A stretch of 63,976 bases of DNA, filler included, from Thelocarpon superellum (lineage: Eukaryota), in assembly GCA_026025795.1 (NCBI GenBank). It is 2 parts of 2 records of this genome, joined end to end, with 100 filler letters (N's around TTAATTAATTAA, not from the genome) between each part and the next. Parts side by side here need not be neighbours in the genome. Positions count along the whole stretch, not along the records: positions 1 to 31,970 come from JAPEUG010000186.1; positions 32,071 to 63,976 come from JAPEUG010000187.1. One strand, given 5' to 3'. Below are positions 23,724-33,159 of this stretch, in pieces (the stretch's first letter is position 1; every line of letters begins with the position of its first letter). The notes under the pieces are model-generated. The model was not told the origin of the DNA and did not search any database. It saw only the letters and a program-made list of their open reading frames with translations. The position numbers and the translations under genes are program-made.

Positions 23724-25400
23724 TTACCACAACCCGAGCCCAAAGCCAAAGGCAAGCGGGAGCAGGACGGAGGGGCAGAAAGCCCAGCAGGAGAGTGAGT
23801 GTGTAAGGCTGTTACCTGCACTCTTCTTACTGAGACCAAAAGGTAGCCCTTGTTCGCTGAAGGTGACGTTTTGTTTCACCGTCGCGTTGAGACAGTTCCC
23901 GTTCACGACGTCGAGATTCTTGAGGTCGTCCTAATCGAACGTGATCAGTGGTGGCGCTTCTCTGGGGTGGAAGACCGGCGTACCGGCACGTTGAAGAACA
24001 TGTAGGAGCTGGTATTCAGGCCCTTGAATCCGCTGGTATCGTAGGGGAAGTGATCTCCCGAGTCGGTGCTGCTCGTGTTTCGAAGCCAGATGCACAGGAC
24101 TTGGCCCGGAAACTCTGTCGCCAGGGCGGGGTAGTCGCTCATGACGTCGCTATTGCTGGTGTCGGCGACCAAGACAAACTTGCGCTTGGGAAAGGTCTCG
24201 AACACCTTTTGCAACAAAAACTTGCGCACGGACAGGGTCTCGCTGACGTCGCTGAAATTGAGGGGTCGCGTGTCAAAGGAGCCGCCCGGGTAGTTGGCGT
24301 AGATGAACTCCATGTAATTCCGGGTGATTTGTTCGGGCGTCGTCGTGAGGTAATGAAAGTGCATGGTGGGAATGCTCTTGGAGAGGTTGACGTAGATCTC
24401 CGGCATGTTCATCCACGGCGTGTAGGGTCGGGCAAAAGAGTTGAGGAGGCCGTCGGCAGGTTGGTAGATGCGCGTGACGCGGAGGATGTCATCGATATCG
24501 TTGACAATCGTGATGCCCTCATCCGGGACGAGGTAGGCCGTGGCATTACCCGTCTCCGTGCCGAACGTGTAAACATTCAGCTGCTGTACGTCCGTCGTGG
24601 CATTGCCTGCCTGCAGACCCGTCACATTGATGGGAACAAAGCCATCGTAGTCACCTTCAGGCGTGGTCGGGGTGGGAAAGAAGATGTTCTGGAACCCTCC
24701 CTTAGGGACCACCGCACCACTCCCGTCAGCCTGACCACTCGCTCCCGCAGTGGCGCCGGGCTCGACGTGAAAGGAGACGTTCTGATTGCCTTGCTGGACC
24801 ACGTAAATCTCCGCGGTGACATTCCGGGCCTGCGCGGCCTGACTCGCGGGTAATTTGGACACGGACGTCCCGATGAGGAAACCGTTGGCCAGGTCATCTA
24901 GTTTCGCCTCGGAGATGTTCGGCTGCTTGTAGACGTTGCCGTGAAACCGAATGTTCCAGCCAGCATTGGTCCAGTTGGCGTAGGGTCTGTGATCCCGCAA
25001 GTCCCATCAGCGCATGATGAGAAGGGAGGGGGACGACGACGCACGGGAGATTCAGGACTTGGGTAGGCAAGGCTGCTACCTGCGTGCTATCCAGCCCGAG
25101 CGAGCTCTGAACGGCGCCCCCCGAAGGGAAGTCCTGGAAGAAGTCGGCGACGCCATCGGCGACGTAGGTGGGGATGTTCGAGCCCAGGTCACTCAGCACG
25201 GAGCTGACGGTATCTCCCAAAAGATCTCGTCGCGATTTGGCCGTCTTGGACGGGGCCCATTGCACGGGTGAGCCGGTGAAGTCAGGCGCAGCGTCAGCGA
25301 CTGGTGCTGCCACCGGAATCGCGGTTGGCGACGCGAAGCTGACGGGGACGCCAAGGATGAGGAGCGGCGCAATGGCCCGAAACAAGAGGTGGGAATGCAT
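23724..25400 (-). CDS. Secreted, possibly GPI-anchored App1-like (DUF2183) HAD-fold phosphatase domain protein, 3 exons
   Basis: Signal peptide, YANWT..GWNIRFHGNVYKQP, VNDIDDILRVT, FHYLTTTPEQ, FPKRKFVLVADTSNSD. The last exon ends in a hydrophobic tail (CWAFCPSVLLPLAFGFGLGLW*). Confidence 0.8.
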
Positions 25401-27122
25401 CGTCTACCACAGATGCTTGCAGCTCGAGCTCCATCCACCGTGGTCGGTCAAGGAAATCGGACAATGTCAACGCCAGGTCAACAACAGGACATCCGTGCAG
25501 CGCGACGGAGCTCCGCACCACGGCCCGAGCGGCGGATGAATGGTGCTAACAACTTGAATGGTGGTCTGGCAGGGGGTAAAGCCGGCCGTCCCAGTCACAG
25601 GATCCGACGCTCTGATTCGGCAACTTTCGGTGTGCAACAAACAGGGAAACGGTCGAAGCACCAGCGCATCCCACCCTTGTCGGTTCCTGCATTTTCGTCT
25701 GCCATTTCCCCACCTCGCGCTACGACACCCACGCCGGCAGCCAGGCGGTCGGCACAGCCGCAACGCGCTCCGTGGCAGGCGCCAAAACAATGCGGGTCGT
25801 TTCCGCCCGCCGTTGTCGACAGCGAAGGCACCTCCAGAAATTTCATCACGAAACGACGAACATTGACTGGAATGCAATCAGGCTTGCAGAAGCATGGCGC
25901 ATGGGAAAGTCCGTCCGACGCCGTGGAGACACTTTTACCCTACGTGCGCGAACGCGTGGGTCCAGGGAAGATCCCAAGCCTAGCCTGCAGTTTGTCCTCA
26001 CAGTCAGTATTATCGGATGCTGCAATGACTAGCGATATCCCGAATAGTCCCTGATCGCCGCCCCCCAAGGTTCTGATGGTATAGCGACAGGAACTTTGAG
26101 ATTTCGCTTTTCAAGAGGGCACGTCTTCCGGCGCGACCGAAATATGATCTCCGCAGGGACCTCTGCCGTGGTCGCGATTGGCCTACAAGAAGACTGGGAC
26201 AGAGACCGCGAGGGTAAGTTGCGGATGAGACGGCCGGGGCAGTAGGTCGCTTGGATGACAGTTACGTGAGGTGAGTGAGACAGGTAGACGGTCGAATGAC
26301 CTGGTGGATTGAAGTTCCCGTTCCCGTAAAGGTCTCGACCGATCATCGAGATGTGGGACTCGTTACGAGGACGCCGTGGATCCGATCGCTCTGTCCAATA
26401 CGTTGTTTCTCCGACCTTATGTCGCTTCAGCCAGGCTGCATATCGTCGGTGCAGGGCTCTCATCAGCTAACCGACCTCCCGGCGCCGTCCCGATCATCCC
26501 CTCCCCGACCCGTCATCTATGGAAAGACCTATGGCAATGTCCTTGACCACGCATTCCAGACCTTACTCATCGGGATGAGAAATTGAGATGGTAGGTCATC
26601 GGAGATGGCCTGCTTTAAGAAAGCCTTCTTACCCTTGGCGGATTAGCCAAAGGTTCTCGCCGACCGTGGGTGGCATGGCACGGCGTCCACGAAGTGAGCG
26701 TCTCGACAGGATCTCGAGATGGCTTATCGTCAATGACATTCGTCGAAATGTCACATCGCATCTAGCGAGTAGCATCACGTCATGGGAAGGTGGTAGGCGC
26801 AAGAGAAGCGGTCGGACGAAAAAGAGAAAACCAATCCTTGAGTGACCACTGTTGGTATCAAGGACCCTTGGTGGGGCATGATGGGATCCGCCCGCGGGGG
26901 TGCCGTCGTCAGGAGAAAAGGTGGGGGTGGGGCAACAGGAGAATGCAAAACGGAACCACAATTGTCCGATCTAAACGCGCCACCGGAAAGAGCAAAACAG
27001 CTCTGCTTCTGGAAGATCTTGACGCTCGAGAGCTGCGTCGTCATGAGCGGGTTGTGGACGTTGGCGCCACGGCCCAAGCTTCTGGCAGAGAAGGGCGCGG
27101 CTGCTACTAGCAAGGGTCCTTC

Positions 27123-27930
27123 TACGACGGACTATAACGCCGAGTGCGACACATCAGGAATTCGCGAATTTGCGTAGCAAATTCGTGATTCCCGATTCCT
27201 GGATTCCTGATTCCTGATTCCACGCAGCCAGTGACTAGAATCTGAGGTGGAGCTGCTGCATGTGCTGCTTCACCTCAGAGCTTCTCTCACTGCTGTGCCT
27301 ATGGCAATCTTGCTCTTTGCTCTTAGAGACTTAGATAGAGGCAGTGAGAGAGAAAGAGTGGTGTAGCATTGTAGAATATATATAGGTCTAGGAGCTCTAT
27401 TCTGCCCTGCCCTGGGCCTACCTATTACTCTTTAAACATGCCTCCTCTGTTGGTCAATCTTGAGCCCTATAAGGAGGCTATCATTCAGCTCTATCACTCA
27501 GGTTCTATACATGATGAGATTGTTCAACAGCTACAACAAGCCTATTCCATCTCCATGACCACTCAGACCCTTCAGAGACAGTTCCAGGCATGGTGTGAGG
27601 CTGGAAGCTCCACACCTCGCCACAAGGATGGGAATGATCATGTGATAACCATGTGACCTGGCATGGTGTATATAAATCGAGTCCTGCTGTGAGCTCGCAG
27701 AGCCCCAGCATTTAACTCAAGTAACACGAGGAGGCTAGTCATAGGTCTATGAGCCCTAGGAGCCACAGAGTCAACTCCATTGATGATGTCTACTGTTTCT
27801 GCCTAGCTGTAGGCCTCGTCGTCACAGTTGTTGTACTGCGCTGCGTGGAATTCGGAATCGGGAATCGCGAATTCGCTACGCGAATTCGCGAATTCCTGAT
27901 GTGTCGCACTCGGCGTTATAGTCCGTCGTA
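27123..27930. mobile_element. 808-bp non-autonomous/deleted TIR DNA transposon with TAC...GTA termini and 7-bp TSD GTCCTTC
   Basis: Left end tacgacggactataacgccgagtgcgacacatcaggaattcgcgaatt... is the reverse complement of the right end (~90-100 bp imperfect TIR). GTCCTTC occurs at 27116-27122 and 27931-27937. The interior is AT-richer and CpG-depleted. Confidence 0.92.
27438..27600 (+). pseudogene. Remnant N-terminal HTH (Clr5-like) domain of a transposase
   Basis: MPPLLVNLEPYKEAIIQLYHSG...EIVQQLQQAYSISMTTQTLQRQFQAW resembles, from recall, the N-terminus of fungal HTH + integrase-core transposase-like proteins. It is preceded by a TATA-like tract (~27375) and has no catalytic domain. Confidence 0.6.
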
Positions 27931-28806
27931 GTCCTTCGGCCGCCTGTCCAGTCGCAGTAAGGTGCGGAGATATTTCCTCGGTTGGCGCCGTGGCGGATCG
28001 TAAGGGACCGCCTTCCCAGCATAACGCAGCTCGCTTGCGGGCTTTGTACCAGGCCAGCTTTCATTGTTCCTTACATCGCCACGGTCCTCGGGAGCACCTC
28101 CTCGCAACGTCGAGGCCAAGACGTACTTGGCAGCTCAGTCTATCACCCTCGAACTACGGCCCACCGCGCCCCGAATTCGGCTCTCCCGAACCCTCGCCAC
28201 TCACCGACGTCTCGCGCAGCGCGATCCAAGCACGCAAATACCGCCCCACCAATCCCTGCTGCCCCGTTACCGCGGCCGGGTCCATTTGCTCTCTCGCTTG
28301 CGTGGGCGCACGGAGTGTGTCTGAATGTAGATGGCCAGGTGCAGACCCCGACGTGATCCGCAGGCGGATCGTCTCGGTGTGATCGCGGTGCTTGTGGTGT
28401 AACCCTGTCCATGCCGGTCCAGTAGCTCCCTTCTTCCCCATCTGCTCGTGGCGCCACCCTACGACTCCGGGTCCGTTGGTTCGGGGACGACGATTAAGGC
28501 CGACCACCGCATGCCCGCCACCGCCAGACGGCCAAGATGGGTCCCTCGCTGGGCCCCAGCCGGTATAAGCCGCTGGCCCTGGCCAGGCTTTCGAGGGGTA
28601 ACGTCGGGCGTGCATTATCACCCCCTACGATCCTCCACCGACTTGAGCGCACCCAATTGGATTCCGGACCACAACTTCGAGATGGCGGATCGAGTCGGAC
28701 CCGTCGCGGAGTAAGCTCCTCCCTCCAAGAAACGGCAACACTCAGTTGATATCTGAGTAGGTTCGACGCAACGGAAGTCGAGCCTCGTCAGGTGGGCCAA
28801 GAGGAC

Positions 28807-30678
28807 ATGGCTGGGAGGACCACGACTGGTCCCGTCGTCACCGCACCAGCCGCTGTCGAGAAGGATGTCATCCCAAGCCACCCGACGCTGAGCCTCACTA
28901 CGGACGACGGAGAGCCAACGGAGGAGGAGAGAGCGAGGCTGCGCAAGGTGGCTGATACACTGCCCTGGTCAGCCTTCCTCGTGGCCATCATCGAGCTCTG
29001 CGAGCGTTTCGCCTATTACGGCCTGAGTGGTCCCTTCCAAAATTACATCCAAAACCCCGCCGATGATCCCAAGCTACCCGGAGCGATTGGTATGTGGATG
29101 CTTGCGTGGTGCTCGTGGCGGGGGACCGAACAGGCTAATCATCACGCCAGGCTTGGGTCAGACCGGGGCGACGGGCTTGACCAACTTCTTCCAGTTCTGG
29201 TGTTACGTCACGCCGATCCTGGGCGCCATCGTCGCCGATCAATACCTCGGTCGATACAGGACGATCCTGTTCTTCTCCATAGTGTACGTCGTTGGTTTGC
29301 TCATCCTGTTTCTGTCATCGCTGCCGATTGCCATCGAGAAGCAGGCGTCCTTGGGTGGGTTGATTGCGGCCATGATTGTCATTGGCCTGGGCACGGGCGG
29401 CATCAAATCTAACGTCAGTCCCTTGATCGCCGAGCAGTACCGCGGCACCAAGCAAACCATCCGCACGCTCAAGACGGGCGAACGCGTCATCGTCGATCCC
29501 GGCATCACGGTGGAGCGCATCTACATGATTTTCTACCTCTGTATCAACGTCGGCTCCCTGTCCTCCATTGCCACAACGGAGTTGGAGCTGCATGTGGGCT
29601 ACTGGGCCACGTATCTGCTTCCTATGTTGATGTTCTTCGTCGGCTTCTTTGTCTTAGTCGCCGGCCGGAAGCGATACATCACGCGCCCGCCGAGAGGCTC
29701 GGTCATCATTCACGCCTGCCGGGTGCTCTGGATTGCCACGCGCAGCGGCTTTCGGCTCGAAGCCGCCACATCCTCCTATCAGGAAGAGTATGGTCGCCGG
29801 TATACGACACCGTGGAATGATCTCTTCATCGAAGAGATCCGCCGCGCGCTGGTCGCGTGCAAGGTCTTTCTCTTCTTCCCCATTTACTGGGTCACGTATT
29901 ATCAGATGCTCAACAACTTCATCTCCCAAGGTACAGTCCTCTTTCCCCCTCTCCGACTACGGGCCGACGCTGACGTGCGCAGCGGGGACAATGGAGCTTC
30001 ACGGCATCCCCAACGACATCATGCAGAACATCGACTCGCTCACCATCATCATCTTTATCCCGCTCATGGATCGGCTGTTCTACCCCTTTCTCCGGAGCAT
30101 CGGCATCCGCTTCAAGCCTATCACGCGCATTACCTGGGGCTTCATCCTGGGCTCGCTCGCCATGGCCTACGCTGCCATCGTGCAACACCTCATCTACATC
30201 TCGCCGCCGTGCTACGATCAGGCGACCAGCTGCGACACGGCCAATCACGTGCACGTGGCGGTCCAGACGCCGGCCTACCTCCTGATCGGTCTATCGGAGA
30301 TCTTGGCCAGCATCACCGGGCTGGAATATGCCTTTACCAAAGCGCCGGCCAACATGAAGTCTTTTGTAAGCCCCTCACTCGCCCCTGCTTGCATCGGCGC
30401 TGATCAACTTCCAGGTCATGTCTCTCTTCCTTCTGACCAACGCCTTTGGTGCCGCCCTCGGCATCGCCCTGTCGCCGACCGCTGTTGATCCCAAGCTCGT
30501 GTGGATGTACACGGGTCTGGCGATCGCGGCGGCTATTGCGGCCGCGCTCTTCTGGTTGATTTACCGCCGCTACAATGCCACGGAAGAGGAGATGAATGAA
30601 CTCGAGGCTCGTGGGGAGCAGGCGCTTCCCGCCACGGAAGTGGGCACGACGCTCGGCAGCGAGCACGCCGATGAGTAA
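28807..30678 (+). CDS. PTR2: POT/PTR family di/tripeptide transporter, 4 exons
   Basis: ELCERFAYYG (ExxERF), GAIVADQYLGRYRTI, GTGGIKSNVSPLIAEQY, FYLCINVGSL, EILASITGLEYAFTKAP. Confidence 0.93.
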
Positions 30679-30758
30679 ACGTGTCAGTCTACACGGATTC
30701 TCGCCAAGTCTCTCATGTTTGGTCGTCTTTGCCAACTCACTCCTGCCGTCATGTTTTG

Positions 30759-30793
30759 AGGGGGGGGGGGAGGGGGGGGGGGGAGGGGTGGGG
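30759..30793 (+). repeat. Poly-G / G-run tract downstream of PTR2
   Basis: Near-continuous G runs (gggggggggggaggggggggggggaggggtgggg). Confidence 0.8.
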
Positions 30794-31970
30794 CTTCAGA
30801 AGTCATTCGTTGGACCTCTCCGGAAGCGATGTTGCAGCAATACCCAGCTATCTAGCCTGGATAGTCCGTGACGAACTTGATGAAATGAAATGTTCCTAGA
30901 CTTTGTTTACGCTCGCGGTAAAGCAATCTGCTACAAATGTAGCTTGTCCTCATAGCTGCGATAGTCGTCTCAAAGCCAACCTCCTCGCCCAGGGCTTGAA
31001 TGAATGTTCTCTGAGGAGGAGCAGCCAGCGAATGGACGACGCGTGTCCCTCGTCTGCCCAATCATGTAGTCCGTCCAATGAGCTTCCCTCCTGACTGTGA
31101 TCCATCATCTGTGAGAAGCTGTGGAGTCGCTTTGTGTTTCTCCGCGCCATGGAGGATGTCAGGGTCACCCAGCTCTGATACCAGCGTCCACTGGCCTCGA
31201 GCTTGAGCGAGATCATTGTCGCCATCGCTGCGGCGAATTCGCACCTGCAACCGGGTCGCCGATTGAGTGGCCGATGGCCTCCAGCAGGCGCGTGGAGTCC
31301 TCTCCAACGGCATCCGTTTAAGCCAACTCACGATATGACACACTGGAATCGATAGCCTATGGAATGGATCTCTACAGACGCTGCGCCCACTGCCTGTCCC
31401 GATCTAGCAGGTGCGCGCTGCCGCCCTACGCTCGCGCGACCCGGGGTGCGCCGATGTTGTGCCGGGGGTGTGCCCTGCTGCGACGCGACTGGGCGCTGCT
31501 GTCTGGCAGGGATCTGGGAAGATCCTGGTCTACGACCTTTTTCAGCCAATGATAGAGGTGCTTTCCGTCTCCCGCATCCCGCCAGGCGGCGCTGCGCCCC
31601 CGTTCGTGTCATGATATCTGGCCAATGACCGCTCGAGCTCGAGCCGGACGACACGTGGGGCGCATACGACGAGCGTCGATGTTCGACATCGACCGCGTCT
31701 CGCTTCCACTGGTTGCCTGAGGATGGCGAGAGTGCTGGCCACAGCTTGTCGACCAGCTTGTACTGTTCGAACAACCATCTTGGTTTGTCATCACAGCTAG
31801 CCTAATTACCAGTACCAGCTGCTGCTCCGCAAGTTTGAGATTCGTGTGAACATGAAATGTTTTACTAGCTGAGGATATTACAGAAGAAGCGCACGTCCTC
31901 TCCTTCGTCTACCATCCTTTCCTCTCTCCTCTCCTATTCAACTGCAGGTACCACATTGCCTGTACCAGGT

Positions 31971-32070
31971 NNNNNNNNNNNNNNNNNNNNNNNNNNNNNN
32001 NNNNNNNNNNNNNNTTAATTAATTAANNNNNNNNNNNNNNNNNNNNNNNNNNNNNNNNNNNNNNNNNNNN
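31971..32070. other. Artificial contig-joining spacer (44 N + TTAATTAATTAA + 44 N)
   Basis: Exactly 100 nt and symmetric, with a palindromic core that places stop codons in all six frames. Confidence 0.97.
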
Positions 32071-32672
32071 CCGGCACGATGGAAGTGCCGCCGGACCCGC
32101 CAGGCGGAGGCAGCGACAGCGACATTGAGGATGGATTTTCCACACACCTGGCCAACGATGACCAAGACGATCACGACAACGGCCCCAATATCGACACTAA
32201 CATTGACACCGACACTGGCACCTTATCAGTAGGGGGCCACTCGGCGTCTATTTCCATCTCGGATGCGGACTCCAATTCCGACTCCGCCTCTAACTCTGAC
32301 TCCGACTCCGGTTCCAATTCCAATTCCTCCTACCTACCCACCTCCCACCACCACCACCACCATCATCATCATCTTCATCATCATCACCTCCTCCTCCAGA
32401 ATAACGCAGCACATAGCACCACGCACGATCCCAATGACGACCAAGGCCCAGAAGCGCACGCGGTGTCGATGCTCGGCACAGACACGAACCCCGACCCGGA
32501 CACGCCCTCGTCGGCCCCATGGTGCAATTGCAACTGCAGCGGGCGCAACGGCACCAACGTATTCTACCCGGAGACCGCGGAAGACTTGGGCGATTCGGGC
32601 ATCGCTGTCTCCATGGCGCAGCGCAAGATGTGGGAGCGTTGGGTTGTGGGCCGGTGCGCCGAGCATTCGTAG
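32071..32672 (+). CDS. Probable 3' end of a gene truncated by the spacer; D/S-rich and poly-His low-complexity region with a WCNCNC...FYPE...WERW tail
   Basis: Open frame from the contig edge with a structured-looking C-terminus. Family not confidently recognised. Confidence 0.5.
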
Positions 32673-33002
32673 TGTGCACCCTTCCCATCTATCCATCTAC
32701 CAATCTACCCGGTCACCCGACTACCTATCTACTTCTCCACCGGATAGCGAATAGTGAGCAGCGAATAGCGAGACCGAACATCTCATCTCATCTGACATAT
32801 TACCACCGCCTTCGTACGGAGATGCATTCACGTCGACTGTGAGATCTAGGATACATACGAAGTACTTCCAGAGAGCGTGCAGAAATGGGACACAGATACA
32901 CGCGGAGAGAGAGAGTTCATGTTCTGATTTGATTTCCATTATCCTACAATACAAGTTTCGTAAAGATACGGGCAGGCGCCTGGATAGTTGGGCGGGAGGC
33001 AG

Positions 33003-33066
33003 GTAGGTGTAGGTGTAGGTGTAGGTGTAGGTGTAGGTGGAGGTGTAGGTGTAGGTGTAGGTGTAG
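33003..33066 (+). repeat. Hexanucleotide microsatellite (GTAGGT)~10
   Basis: gtaggtgtaggtgtaggt... with one gga variant, located between convergent genes. Confidence 0.9.
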
Positions 33067-33159
33067 ATATGTGGAAAAGGCGTAAAGTAAACTCATGCGC
33101 TCACGCTTTATTCTAGTCTGTCAGACCCACCGCACGCTTTCCTTCGTACGTGATGGATC

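Noticed and set aside
25400..27115. ORFs in the long intergenic region before the transposon
   Set aside because: No coding signature or homology recognised; most likely promoter/UTR DNA.
27123..27930. Reading the element as Tc1/mariner with a TA target duplication
   Set aside because: An exact 7-bp direct repeat lies immediately outside the TA dinucleotides, so TA is better read as part of the TIR. Other copies are needed to be sure.
20780..30678. Secondary-metabolite cluster around the P450
   Set aside because: No PKS, NRPS, terpene synthase or RiPP precursor nearby.
33003..33066. (GTAGGT)n as a telomeric or CRISPR-like array
   Set aside because: Simple microsatellite with no spacers, internal to a eukaryotic contig.
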